Source of the DNA: Octopus vulgaris
Taxonomy: Eukaryota
Assembly: GCA_951406725.2 (NCBI GenBank)
Contig: OX597821.1
Span: forward strand, 110,670,001-110,734,000
Direction: 5' to 3'
DNA length: 64,000 nucleotides
The notes below the pieces were generated by a model. The model did no database searches. It saw only the letters and a list, made by a program, of their open reading frames with translations, and had not been told where the DNA came from. Below are positions 27,897 to 41,865 of this stretch, in pieces (positions within the stretch are counted from its first letter, which is position 1; each line of letters begins with the position of its first letter). A program made the position numbers and the translations under genes.

Positions 27897-28238
27897 ATAT
27901 ATATATACATAAATATAAACATGTATACATACATAAATATAAACAAGTATATATACATAGAAATATATTTAAATATAAATTTCGGGATGGTCACTTTTGT
28001 TTCTTGCCAAATAAACACACGTACTATATATATATATTTTCTTCACCCGTTTATTACTGTTCTTATTTTATTATTTTAACTCATGTCCATTGTCCGGAAA
28101 TCTTTTGTCACACATCTGGGACCTCTTCAACGGCACTTTCTTTTTTTCGGGTTTGTTCTTACTCCCTTTACTCCATTCTTTTCTTCTAAGGTATCCTTAT
28201 GTACGCATGCGTTTGTATCCTAGTGTGTGCGAGTGTGC

Positions 28239-28297
<59 letters not shown>

Positions 28298-28943
28298 GGT
28301 ATATACATACATACATATGCTATTTCTTTCTTCTACAGGACCAGTTATTCTCCTTCTGTCATTATACACAGGTGCACACACATACACACATATGTAATAT
28401 AGGGGTAAAAAGGGTTAAATTTATAATTGTCCTTAATTTGGAGGTTTCCAAAAAAGATTTCTAATATTGATTCTTCATATTTTGCTGGTAGTTTACAGGT
28501 GTAAGTTTGCGAATATGGAATTAAAATTTCTAATCTTCTTACTCATCAAAAGAAGGAATGTCTCTGAAACCTCTTTTACTTATATTTTCAAATAACCGTT
28601 ATAACTGTTAGCTACAGTTAATACCTAACTGGACTCACATCTCATATTCTCATAAGGATAAATATGAATCTCCTAGATTATATTCTGCTATTTCCTTTTG
28701 TTTATACTTCTTGCATTGATATATGAATTTGAATGATTTTTATATCTCTGTACGAAACGATCGTTTGCATGAATTAAAATTCTCTCATATATTTTCTTCC
28801 CTTCTCCATTTTTAACTAAATTGTTGAGTTTTGTGAGATTTCTTTCCATAAATTCCATAAAATATGGGATTTCTTTTCATAAATTTCCATAAATTCCATA
28901 AAATCATATATATGTCTATGTATAAATATTTTTAACTCTTTAA

Positions 28944-29247
28944 CTAGTTTCAGCTCGAAAGCTGCACTGGGGCTGGGGCACTGCAGTGGGCTTTGCCACA
29001 TCTTCACTATTCGAAACCTCCTCTGATATGCGGCATTTGGTGAATGAGGGAGTTAAATATTGCTGACCTCATCTGTGTTTCCTGTCGTTGATGGGAGGAG
29101 ATCCAGCTTTGCTATGAAGATACATCCACAGCATGCAAGTCTCTCAGGCTATTTGAAGGATATTGAAGAGATGTGGGCCCTTGAAACCCAAGCTGTTGCA
29201 GTATTTGGTCCTGTATGTTGATAGCAATGTTGGGTTCCTTGGCACTA
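28944..29247 (-). mobile_element. Degraded 3' end of the LINE family at 26739
   Basis: Colinear similarity (CTAGTTTCAGCTC, GGATATTGAAGAG.TGTGGGCC, CAGTAT). Confidence 0.75.
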
Positions 29248-29298
29248 TACATTTACGTATTCATATATACAAATATGCATACATATATATGTATGCAT

Positions 29299-29350
<52 letters not shown>

Positions 29351-29511
29351 AGAGAGCTGTCTGTATGTGCAGAAGTACGACGATAATATTTTTATGTTAG
29401 TTTCATATTTCAACATATTTCCAGTAATTATTAAGCATGGGTCACTGATTTTCATACTTGAACAAGCAATTAAGTTTTCCTTAATTTTTTATTATACGCT
29501 AAATATATGTG

Positions 29512-29559
<48 letters not shown>

Positions 29560-29562
<3 letters not shown>

Positions 29563-29683
29563 TACTGTTCCGTGATAATGAGAGGAACAAAAACCGTACT
29601 CCATCTGGTGAGAGATAAATATTCAGTAAACACAATATATGTTTTTATGTGCTACAGTCAGTTTCATGTGCTGAGAACATGCC
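29560..29683 (+). repeat. Interspersed repeat; second copy at 48607-48732 (-)
   Basis: Shared GTGTACTGTTCCGTGAT..TCCATCTGGTGAGAGATAAATA..GTGCTGAGAACATGCCA. Both copies abut (TA)n. Confidence 0.75.
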
Positions 29684-29990
29684 AACAATATTTTCTAACA
29701 CGCCTGGTATCCTAGCACAATCACCAGGCACTGCCCACATGAAGTCGATATACCATGTGGCCAGTACCTGACGAACGTGTGTGTGTGTGTGTGGGCGAAA
29801 TAAATACCAGGGATGCATTGCTCACCTCCCTTCCCACTCATAAACTACATAAGCAACTTGGAGGTTTTGCAAGTTCTTCTAAATCTATTGCAATGCAGAA
29901 AATCCTTCCATATCGTCAGCAGGTATCACAGGGTCACAAGCGTTTCGGCCCTTATCTTGTACGCTTCACGAGGACTGAGCTAGTTTCCAC

Positions 29991-30043
<53 letters not shown>

Positions 30044-30103
30044 TATAAATAGGTGAATGGATTATCCTATGCTTATCGTCAGCATGGAAAATTCATTTAA
30101 CCG

Positions 30104-30183
30104 AAACCTGATGAGAAGATTGCATAATGCACCCTTTATTCCTTTGGAATGAAACCATGTTGTCTTCGAAACATGTGTCGTGA
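30104..30183 (+). ncRNA. Hammerhead ribozyme core motif
   Basis: CTGATGA (30108) - GAAGATTGCAT..ATGTTGTCTTC - GAAAC-ATGT-GTC. Stem I is only about 2 bp. Confidence 0.65.
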
Positions 30184-30248
30184 GTAAAGGAATTTTGTTA
30201 ACATCTTCGTTCGACTCCATTCTTTCATATATATATATATATATATAT

Positions 30249-30620
30249 GACTGTTGCCTACTCCTTATGCAGAGTCTGACCACCTCTTGTACTTACACCT
30301 CAGACTTATCATGGCGTCTGTGGGTTTTTAAACTAGACAATGTATTGAAAAGACAACCACATAGATTGCATATCTGATTTGGACCATCATAAGCTGTAGT
30401 TAAGTTCTGATCTTTGTCGATCTTAAAATGTCTTTTGAGGCCCCCGTTAGATTTGCAGACCTTATGGCATACACAATATTGAAAGGTGTGCACAGGTAGA
30501 ATAGTTGGTGGAGGTTCGTTTGTCATAGTTCCGCAAATGAGATTCGAACCCAGCAAAAAAAAAGGCATGGTCTGTCACAAATTGTGCGCATAAAAATGTC
30601 AGGTAGATTCACCTTCTGGA
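30249..30620 (-). mobile_element. Probable RTE-clade LINE 3' end with degenerate C2H2 fingers
   Basis: VCHKVCKSNGGLKRHFK and CNLCGCLFNTLSSLKTHRRH, then a very short 3' UTR ending at (TA)n. Confidence 0.6.
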
Positions 30621-31454
30621 TCGCAAAATTCTCCTTTAAATATCTGTTGACTCTTGCATGTGTCATCCTGGCTTCCTCAAAAGCTTTCACTCCACTCCAC
30701 ACTTTTATTTAATTTATCGTCACGCGACCTTTGTCAATAGGTTTTTACATTTATATATAATTTCTGCGACTCAACACTCTGTTCCTTGCCTATTTTCTTT
30801 TCGTTCCCTCTATCATATTTTATATTTCTTTTTCTCCACCTCCTTCTTTGCTGTCCCCTGTCTTTCTTTCACTCTCCACTATCTTTCGTTCCTTCTCCCT
30901 CCTTCTTAGTCCCTTTGTTTCTTTCCCTCATTCTCATTCTTGTCCTCCTTCCCCTTTGCCTGTTGCTCACATGGCCATTTTCCTTTACCTTTTCAGGATT
31001 CGACGGCCAAGCCGGACATCATTTCCTTCGCCTCTTGATATTTTTCTCTCCTACTATTTAGTCTATATCCTTTCAAAATTCCTCCCAGACATTACCCATT
31101 ACAATTCGTCTTGACCTAACGGCCCTTAACATCTGTCTTCGTCGAATGTTTACTTCCATATGTTCACCCCTGTGCCGTTTGTTCGTTCGAAACCCTAACC
31201 CTCCACAAATTATATATTTTAAAAATTTCTGGATGCTACTGTCTTATGAAGTCTTCCTACCTTGTCGTTAAAAGCATATAACAGGGAGTAAAATCACAGT
31301 CGACAACTGAGGAAGGGTTAGACTTCTTTTGGTATTTTGTCCCGTACTTATCTCTCGTTGTCTGTTTACGTATTTTCCACCCGTTGGTGATGTGTTCTTA
31401 ATGTGTATTTTTAATTTATATATACATACACACACACACACACACACACGCACA

Positions 31455-31583
<129 letters not shown>

Positions 31584-31828
31584 AAACAAGTCAAGATAGA
31601 AAATGTTAAAATAATTTTATAAAAAACATTTTAGTATCGGTTTCAGTCATTGAGACTTTTTTTCAACTGTAAGTATGGAAAACAATTAAATTTTGGAAAA
31701 ATTAAAAGAAAGGTTTTTTTAAAGAATATTTGCATAGTATTCAAATACAAGTGGCATTTTACTTGTCTCTGCCTGTCTCTGTCTCCCTTGTTTACTCTTA
31801 TATATGCACACCACACACACACACACAC

Positions 31829-31901
<73 letters not shown>

Positions 31902-31986
31902 TAGGAAATAAATCTAAACTTACAGGGAAAAATCAGATTTAGGATTGAATCCAATTTTATAGTAAAATATTATATTATATTATATC

Positions 31987-32229
31987 AGAGATAAAACCAC
32001 TATTAGGCAAATCAAACAATGAAAAACTTAAGCCAATACATAAAATTAATTAATTTATATTATTTTAAATATATATCTCAAAAGATAATGAGTAAAACAT
32101 GTTTTACTCATTATCTTTTATTAAACTTTTAATACTTTTGAGATATATATTTAAAATAATATAAATTAATTAATTTTATGTATTGGCTTAAGCTTTTCAT
32201 TGTTTGATTTGCCTAATGGTTTTATCTCT
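31987..32229. repeat. AT-rich nested palindrome
   Basis: Arms 31987-32084 and 32135-32229. Perfect 40-bp palindrome at 32080-32119. Confidence 0.95.
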
Positions 32230-32235
32230 AATTTA

Positions 32236-32307
<72 letters not shown>

Positions 32308-32772
32308 CATATGCATGTATGTAGACATATATACATACATACGTACGTACATACATGTGTGCATGTATGTATGTATGTATGTATGTATGTATGTATGTAT
32401 CATTTGAATATTGATGTGGTGAGTATTGGTCAATTACTGGGTTTATTAACATCAGCCATAAGAGGCAGAAAGAGAGTGACCGAAAATTGGGTACCTGACT
32501 AAATTTTGTTGTCGATGCACTTAACTATAACATTAGTCTGTTACCAATACATACATACATACATACATACATACATACATACATACATACATCGTGGTAT
32601 TATATACCGATAAGACATGATTCTCAAGCCAGAACACTGTATAATATGACTGGTTAGAAGGATAATCGTAAGGCCAAAGAAATAAGAAGCCACAGCATGG
32701 CAGAGGCCATAGCCACTCATAATAAATTTTTAGTAGAATGTCTCAGAGAAAACCTCAATAAAATGTAAATAT

Positions 32773-33191
32773 AGGCGCAGGATTGGCTGTGTGGTAAGTA
32801 GCTTGCTAACCAACCACATGGTTCCGGGTTCAGTCCCACTGCATGGCATCTTGGGCAAGTGTCTTGTGCTATAGCCCCGGGCCGACTAATGCTTTGTGAG
32901 TGGATTTGGTAGACGGAAACTGAAAGAAGTCTGTCGTATATATGTATATATATATATAAGTGTGTGTGTATATGTTTGTGTGTCTGTGTTTGTTCCCGTA
33001 GCATTGCTTGACAACTGATGCTGGTGTATTTACGTCCCCATCACTTAGAAGTTCGGCAAAAGAGACCGATAGAATAAGTACTGGGCTTACAAAGAATAAG
33101 TCGTGGGGGTCGATTTGCTCGACTAAAGGCGGTGCTCCAGCATGGCCGCAGTCAAATGACTGAAACGAGTAAAAGAGTAAGAGTAAAAGAG
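32773..33191 (+). mobile_element. Family A SINE (full length)
   Basis: All family A modules present. Confidence 0.92.
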
Positions 33192-34459
33192 TATAATAGA
33201 CCTGACAAAGGAATTTGGGACAGAGAAGAGAAATTGTGTAAAGTTGAGGAAATCAGCCCCGCAGAGGAAGTTAACTTAAAGTTGAAGATCAGTGAAAAAG
33301 AAAATACCTACGCTGAACTAATTACTCTTCCGTTATTACAAGTTCAGGTTTATACCTGTAATTATTAGGGCACTGGGATGGGATGCTTAAGTACCAATCC
33401 TGAGAAATTGGGCTTCTCAAAACCGCAAAGGAGAAAGCTGATTTGAAGTCTACACATCCAAGCCATTATCTAGGTTAGAAACCGAATCTTTCTCTTTTGG
33501 CAAGAAATCCAAAAATAAGATGGAATAACCACATACATATGTACAAACACACAGACATACACACACATACACATACCCACATACACACATACACATACCC
33601 ACTTACATGCACACATACATACACACACATTTACATACATACATACAAACATACATACATACATACATACATACATACATACATACATACATACATACAT
33701 ACATACATACATACATACATACATACATACATACATACATACACACATAAGCACATACAAATATGTGTCTAAGGAAACAACAACCTAACTGACAACTCTG
33801 TTGGTAAACAACCTAAGTACATTCTTTTGTGAACGCCTATGACCCGGAGATGACACACTTAAATGTAAACATCTAATTACAAAACTCTATATGCCTGGAT
33901 AAATTCTAACAATCAGCACTTCCCTAAATTTAATCAATTAAAATTCTCCACACCATTTTGCCACAACTTACCATACAGGATAATTACTAGTCAACAGAAC
34001 TTAGATTACTATAAAAAAAAATGAGCTTAACAGAGACTACATAAATCCAAGAAAAATTTCGATGAATCACAGTCTGATGATGTCTCAGCTGACCGAAACT
34101 TCGAACTCACTGACAATACTATTCTTATTAAAGAATAATAACTACAAATATATATACATGTGTATATACTTTCTCACTATATAGGTATAAGTATGTATAT
34201 ATACATATATACTCATATGAATATATATATTATAAAGATGCATATGTATATATACATACACACACACATACATACACACACATATATACACATATATTGC
34301 AAAAATTTAGGAAGTTTCGATTTAATCCAAGTAAATTCATATTTAGAAAATTAAGGAAAATATGCGTTGACTATGTTATCGTATACATACACACATACAT
34401 ATATACATACATACATACACACATACATACATACATACATACATACATACATACATACA

Positions 34460-34495
<36 letters not shown>

Positions 34496-34835
34496 TTGAG
34501 ACCCCCTTCGATCATAACTGACCGTGGGATTGCACCTAGAAACTTATCCTCCCAGGCACAAGTCCGGGCAAGGCAGTTTATGGAAGACCAGCAGTCGCCC
34601 ATGGATACCGGCCTCCCCTCTCCACGCCGCCAGTGTTATCCAAGGGAAAGGCAAAGGGGCCGATACAGCTTGGCACCTGTGACGTTGCAACTCATTTCTA
34701 CAGCTGAGTGAACTGGAACAATGTGAAATGAAGTGTCTTGCTCAAGAATACAACACGCAACCCGGTCCGGGATTCGAACTCACAACCTCACGATCATAAG
34801 CTCGACGCTCTAACCACTGAGCCATGCGCCCTCAC
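34496..34835 (-). mobile_element. tRNA-derived SINE, head H2 + tail T3
   Basis: TGGCTCAGTGGTTAG (A box), GAGTTCGAATCC (B box), TTCTTGAGCAAGACACTTCATTTCAC, and a unique 3' half. Confidence 0.85.
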
Positions 34836-34909
<74 letters not shown>

Positions 34910-35086
34910 GCGTACACACACGTATATATATATATATATATACATATCCATACATCTCGCTATATATATATGTGTGTGTTTGTGTGTATTTTAGTTCAGC
35001 ATTACCGGACTAATTACCTGATGTAGAACTCAATACACACACATGTTTCAGAACAAGGTATATGCGGGTGTGCTGTGTGTGTATGT

Positions 35087-35118
<32 letters not shown>

Positions 35119-35484
35119 TTCTGAGCGCGTGTGTAGCCATGTGTACGGGTAAGATGTACACATACTTTCGCATGGTACAAGTAATCTTGCGCACGTTCTT
35201 CTGTCATACGTCTATACGTGGACCGACATGTGGTAGAGTTGGCGCTGTTCGTGGCTGTAACAAGTTGGCCAGTAGAAGCGATTATGACGCGAATAGTTTG
35301 ACGTAACACATCATGGCCGATCATGGTGGTGGTGGTGGTGGTGGTGGTGGTGGTGTTTGGTGTAGGTGGTTGTTTTGACGTTTGTTCATGCTAATGAGAC
35401 GACGGCTGGCTGGTATTTAGTAGAAAAAGGTGGCTTTTTGTTTCTCACAAGTGAAATGAAGACGATGTGTCGTTTAAATAGTAA

Positions 35485-35638
35485 TATTAGTAGCAGCAGC
35501 AGTAGCTTGTGTTGTTGTTGTGGTGGCGGTGGTTGTGGTGGTAGTAGTAGTAGTTGTTGTTGTTGTTGGGGTAGTAGTAGTAGTAGTAGTAGTAGTAGTT
35601 TTGTTGTTGTTGTGGCGACGGTGGTAGTAGTAGTAGGG

Positions 35639-35670
<32 letters not shown>

Positions 35671-35709
35671 TTTGTTGTTGTTGTGGCGACGGTGGTAGTA
35701 GTAGTAGGG

Positions 35710-35746
<37 letters not shown>

Positions 35747-35901
35747 CAGCAATAGTAGTAATAAAAGCGGCAGCAGCAGCAGTAGTAGTAGTACCCTTAG
35801 TAGTGTTAGTAGTAGTAATAGTAGTAGTTTTGTTATTGTTGTGGCGATAGTAGTAGTAGTAGGGGCAGTAGTAGCAGCAGCAATAGTAGTAGTGGAAGCG
35901 C

Positions 35902-35966
<65 letters not shown>

Positions 35967-36031
35967 AAAGGTTTAGTAGTAAAAGTAGTAGTACTACAGC
36001 ATTGTTGTTGTAGTTGTGGTGATGGTGGTGG

Positions 36032-36062
<31 letters not shown>

Positions 36063-36094
36063 GGTGCTGGTGGTGGTGATGGTGGTGGTGGTGG

Positions 36095-36125
<31 letters not shown>

Positions 36126-36163
36126 GGTGCTGGTGGTGCTGGTGGTGGTGATGGTGGTGGTGG

Positions 36164-36194
<31 letters not shown>

Positions 36195-36472
36195 GGTGCT
36201 GGTGGTGGTGATGGTGGTGGTGGTGGTGATGGTGGTGGTGCTGGTGGTGCTGGTGATGGTGATGGTGGTGCTGGTGGTGCTGGTGGTGCTGGTGGTGCTG
36301 GTGGTGCTGGTGGTGATGGTGATGGTGGTGGTGGTGATGGTGGTGCTGGTGGTGCTGGTGGTGCTGGTGGTGCTGGTGGTGATGGTGATGGTGGTGGTGG
36401 TGATGGTGGTGCTGGTGGTGCTGGTGGTGCTGGTGGTGGTGGTGGTGCTGGTGGTGGTGGTGGTGGTGGTGG

Positions 36473-36503
<31 letters not shown>

Positions 36504-36547
36504 GGTGCTGGTGGTGGTGGTGGTGGTGGTGGTGGTGGTGGTGGTGG

Positions 36548-36578
<31 letters not shown>

Positions 36579-36620
36579 GGTGCTGGTGGTGGTGGTGGTG
36601 GTGGTGCTGCTGCTGCTGCT
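35485..36620. repeat. (GTA)n/(GGT)n compound array with GCT/GAT variants
   Basis: Directly visible. The poly-G/V ORFs are artefacts. Confidence 0.95.
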
Positions 36621-37314
36621 TCTAGGAATAATGTTTTTTATTTGTGACAGTGTTTTGGCAGTGAAAAATCAAGATTCATGATGAATTTAGCGGCGGATGC
36701 GACGGAGTCGACGGAAGCGGCGGAGGCTGCGGCGGAGGCTGCGGCGGAGGCTGCGGCGGAGGCTGCGGCAGTGGTTGTGATGACGATGAAGATGTTGGTG
36801 TTGGTGTTGATGCTAGTGGTGGCAGTGCATGCGCACTTGACTGTACTACCGGAGACGGTATTGGTGGTAGTGTCTAGTGGTGGATGGCTGTAATGGTATG
36901 GTGATGGCCCTGTTGCTACTACTAGTGTTATTACTGTTTGCTGTTGAAGATGATGCTGATAGTGGTGGTGGTGGTGGTGGTGGTAAGGGTGGTGGTGGTC
37001 GTGGTGGTTGTGGTGGTGGTGATAGTTATAGTAGTGTGGCTACTGCTCCTGCTGCGGCTACTGCTGCTGCTGCTACGGTTCCAGCGGGGGTGACGGTGAT
37101 TCGGAGAGGCGTCTGCAAGTATGGTTCTTGACTTTTTTTTTTTGCAGTGTTTGCGTTTTGTTTTTCACTGTTTTGTTTCATCGGTTTTTTTTAATTTCTT
37201 TTCGCATTCTCTTTTTTATTTTGCTGTTGTTGTTGTTGTTGTTGTTGTTGTAGTTTTCTAACGTTAAATTTGTTCGATGAAACATCACCTAACCTTTTTA
37301 CTGTAGTTAGTCGA

Positions 37315-37348
37315 TGACGTCAGAGATGCCATTCACCAATCAATGACG
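37315..37348. promoter_or_regulatory. Candidate CRE + CCAAT + half-CRE cluster
   Basis: TGACGTCA 37315-37322, CCAAT 37336-37340, TGACG 37344-37348. Motif match only. Confidence 0.3.
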
Positions 37349-37503
37349 CCGAAAGAAGAAAAAAAACAAACAAACCAAAAGCTTTATTTTCATCGACATC
37401 GACATCAGTGCACCGTCATTGATGAAGACGACGATGACGATAACAACAACAACATTAAATTAATACAAGAGATAACACCAGACGTATAAAAGACACGTGC
37501 TCA

Positions 37504-37624
<121 letters not shown>

Positions 37625-37994
37625 GGTGGTGGTGGTGGTGGTGGTGGTGGTGGTCGTGCTGGTGATGGTGGTGGTGGTGGTAGTCGTGGTGGTAGTCGTG
37701 AGGGTGGGTCTAGTAGTAGTAGTGGTTGTGGTGGTAGTAGTAGTAGTAGAAGTTGTTGTTGTTGTTGTTGTTGTAGTAGTAGTAGTAAAATGAAAATCAT
37801 TGTTTCCCCCCAACCGCCACGCTCCTCCGTCTCTTGCTCATTCTCTTCATCCGCCGTCATCATCATCATCGTTGTCATCACCATCATCATCATCATTATC
37901 AACACCACCACCACCATTGTCGGCATCATCGTGATATTCATCATATTCATCATCGTTATCACCATCGTAATCAAAATAATAACACTTTCTACTA

Positions 37995-38675
37995 TAAGCA
38001 CAAGGCCTTAAATTTGAGGGGAGGGAGATAAGTCGATTACATCGACCCCAGTGCATAATTGGTACTTAAAACTTTTCTTTCCTACTCTAGGCACAAGGCC
38101 TGAAATTTTGGGGGAGGAGGGCCAGTCGATTAGATCGACCCCAGTGTTCAACTGGTACTTATTTTATCAGCCTCAAAAGGATGAAAGGCAAAGTCGACCT
38201 CGGCGGAATTTGAACTCAGAACATAAAAACAGATGAACTACCGCTTGAGCATTGTGCCCGACATGTTAACGATTTTGTCAACTAGCAACCTTAATTATTA
38301 TTATTATTATTTCAATTTTTTTTCCACAAGGGGAGCTTGGGGAGGGTGGGGATGAGTCGATTACATCGACCCCAGTGTTCAACTGGTACTTATTTTATCA
38401 GCCTCAAAAGGATGAAAGGCAAAGTCGACCTCGGCGGAATTTGAACTCAGAATGTAGCGACGGGCGAAATACCTATTTCTTTACTACCCACAAGCGGCTA
38501 AACACAGAGAGGACAAACAAGGACTGACAGTGCGTAACTGGTACGTAAATTATCGACCCCGAAAGGATGAAAGGCAAAGTCGACCTCGGCGGAATTTGAA
38601 CTCAGAACGCAACGGCGGACAAAATAACGCTAAGCATTTCGCCCGGCGTGCTAACGTTTCTACCAGCCCGCCACC

Positions 38676-38746
<71 letters not shown>

Positions 38747-38840
38747 GTAATTTTGGCACAAGGTCAGCAATGCCGGACAGGGCGACAAATCGATTATCTC
38801 GACAACAGTACTCAACGGGTACTTATTTTATCGACCCCGA
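37995..38840 (-). mobile_element. Cluster of family B SINEs including a dimer with L1/Tx1-like tail
   Basis: At least four partial or complete bodies. Tail module at 38474-38525. Confidence 0.88.
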
Positions 38841-38854
38841 ATAATAATAATAAC

Positions 38855-38926
<72 letters not shown>

Positions 38927-39437
38927 AAGAAGAAGAAGAAGAAGAAGAAGAAGAAGAAGAAGAACTGATGACATCATCATCACCATTATCATCATCATTA
39001 AAACACAATATCGATAGAATAGCAGTAGCACCGTTACGTCCTCATCCACCACCACCAGACACCACCACCACCACCTCCACCACCAGCATTACTATTAAAC
39101 GAATAAGAAGAATAACATTTACTGAAACAAATTTCAATATATACACGACTATATTTATATCTATGTATAGCAAATGTAGTTGGTGTTGTCATACTGGGTG
39201 TATATAAACCTACGCATTCACACACACATACACATACACACCACACACCACACACCACACACACGCCACACAGAGCACACGTACATATACACACACACAC
39301 GGATACGCACATACAGACACCAACCGATATGTGTAAATTATTATACGTATATAAATATATAAATATTCGTGTGTATGTATATATGTACATATGTGTATGA
39401 GTATGTATATGTATGTATATATATAATAATATAAATA

Positions 39438-39603
39438 GTAGGAGTGGCTTTGTGGTAAGTAGCTTGTTTACCAACCACATGGTTCCGGGTTCAGTCCCAC
39501 TGCGTAGCACCTTGGGCAAGTGTCTTGTACTATAGCCTCGGGCCGACCAAAGCCTTGTGAGAGGATTTGGTAGACGGAAACTGAAAGAAGCCCGTCGTAT
39601 GTA

Positions 39604-39690
<87 letters not shown>

Positions 39691-39895
39691 GTTTGTGTGT
39701 CTGTTTGTCCCCCTAGCATTGCTTGACAACCGATGCTGGTGTGTTTATGTCCCTGTCACTTAGCGGTTCGGCAAAAGAGACCGATAGAATAAGTACTGGG
39801 CTTACAAAGAATAAGTCCCGGGGCGAGTTGCTCGATTAAAGGCGGTGCTCCAGCATGGCCGCAGTCAAATGACTGAAACAAGTAAAAGAGTAAAG
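39438..39895 (+). mobile_element. Family A SINE (full length)
   Basis: All family A modules present. Confidence 0.92.
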
Positions 39896-40200
39896 TGTAT
39901 ATGTATGCATATATATATATATATATATACAAGATAAGAAAATTGTGGTGGTTTAATAAAGTATGTGATTGAGTATTATCGTGTAATTGATATTTGATTT
40001 AGATGTATTTCTCCATTTTCTTATCTCGTATTAGTAATTTGTGGTAAATCATTTTACCTTTGCCCATATAATACAGTAAATGCATTGATTGCATCGCAAT
40101 CATTAACATTTATGTATTAACTTTGTTGGGTACTTCACTAGCAGTATATTGGATATATGTTATCCCATGGAGGGTTGCATTTACAACCCCTATCTCAATT

Positions 40201-40260
<60 letters not shown>

Positions 40261-40329
40261 GTGTACATTTATGCACAAAAGGGGTGACCCTAACAGGGCA
40301 CCTTACATACTAAAAGGGGCAGTTGACCG

Positions 40330-40527
40330 CGTGTGTACCGTTGGCGATTTTTTTTCCTCTGTCTTCCCTTCTCTGGATCTTTCCTTCTCCTATGTTTCCG
40401 ACGAAGAGCTCCGCTCAAAACGTAAAACCCTCCTTCTTTCCTTTTTTCCTGAGCGTCCAATAATACTATATTTGTTCCACGTCCTCGCATTGTTGTGTTT
40501 TTTTGTGCTTTCTTGTTTGGATTAACC
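40330..40527 (+). mobile_element. pLTR-like repeat, copy of 8648-8840
   Basis: Reverse-complement match. Variant hammerhead-like motif at about 40394-40428. Confidence 0.65.
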
Positions 40528-40539
40528 ATATATATATAT

Positions 40540-40759
40540 CACAACTTTCTCTCACTCTTTCTTTCTGTTCCTGTTGTTCCTGTATTTCAAGGGCCCACTC
40601 TTGTCACACTCTGTGTCACACTAAATCTACCCAAGAACGACGTTAAGAGGTACACGTGTCTGTGGAGTGCTCAGCCGCTTACACGTTAATTTCACGAGCA
40701 GGTTGTTCCGTTGATCGGAAAAACTGGGACCCTCGTGGTTGTAACTGACGGAGTGCCAC
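40540..40759 (+). mobile_element. 5'-truncated SINE, end of H1 + tail T4
   Basis: CACAACTTTCTCTCACTCTTTC (H1 end) followed by the tail shared with 47990-48290. Confidence 0.75.
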
Positions 40760-41008
40760 GTATGTATATATACACATATATAAATATATACCTATGCACA
40801 TAGGTAACATACACACAAAGTCATTTCTGACTGTTTGCGTATGTTTTTCTGTGCATACGTATTCAGTTGTTGGTGTGTGTGTGTATGTGTGTGTATATAT
40901 GTGTGCATGTGTGTGTGTGCCACTAGATAAATCAATGATATTATGAGTAATTAATCCTTGTATTACTAATTAGGTGTAAAATAGTACAAGTTGTAAGGTG
41001 AACAAATA

Positions 41009-41280
41009 CGTCACGCGATCATGTAACCGATCAGGCTATCAGATGTTGCTACACATCGCTGGTCACGGTGCCCTTTGCACTGTTTTAGCCTTCGAATGAG
41101 GCCACCCCGCTGGCTAGGTGAGCAGGCCAACATTCCCTTTCGTTAGAAAGGGAGGACTGGTGCAACGTGATATGAAGCGATTTGCTCAAGAACACAACGG
41201 AGCACCCAATCAGGGAATCGAACACACGATCTAGCGATCGCGAGGACAATAGCCTAAGCACTAGGCCACGCACCTTCACA
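41009..41280 (-). mobile_element. tRNA-derived SINE, head H2 + tail T1
   Basis: H2 motif TTCTTGAGCAAATCGCTTCAT, then GGCCTGCTCACCTAGCCAGCGGGGTGG (T1). Confidence 0.82.
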
Positions 41281-41296
41281 GAACAAATACTATTAT

Positions 41297-41700
41297 AAGG
41301 CAATGAGCTGGCAGAATCGTTAGCACACCGATATTTCGCCTGTCTTTACGTTCTGAGTTCAAATCCTGCCGAGGTCGACTTTGCTTTTCATCCTTTCGGG
41401 GTCGATAAATTAAGTAGCGTATGCGTACTGGGATCGATCTAAACGACTGGCCCCCTCCCCAAAACCTTCGGGCCTTGTACCTGGAGCAGAAAAGAATATT
41501 TATAAGCCTTAAATGCGGCGAGCTGGCAGAAACGTTAGCACGCCGAGTGAAATGCTTAGCAGTATTTTGTCTGTCTTTACGTTCTGAGTCCAAATTCCGC
41601 CGAGGTCGACTTTGCCTTTCATCCTTTCGGGGCCAATAAATTAAGTACTAATTGCGTACTGGGGTCGATCTAATCTACTGGCTGCCTCCCCAAAAGTAGA
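41297..41700 (+). mobile_element. Two tandem family B SINEs
   Basis: Copies at about 41297-41500 and 41512-41700. Confidence 0.88.
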
Positions 41701-41865
41701 AAACAACAAATACTATTGTAACTAATTTAGCGCTAATCATAACGAGGAGCATAAAGCACAATTAGGAATTATTACCAGTCATAAACAGCGATATCAGATA
41801 CTAATTATAACAAAGGTTCTTCTAGTTATAACACGGAATATCATATCATATAACAATTATGAATA

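Noticed and set aside
30293-30568. Host C2H2 zinc-finger gene
   Set aside because: Fingers are degenerate, there are no TGEKP linkers, and the position at an element 3' end fits an RTE-type ORF tail.
35841-36681. Gly-rich 268-aa ORF resembling a structural protein
   Set aside because: (GGT)n array using a single Gly codon, open in several frames, with no credible start or domain.
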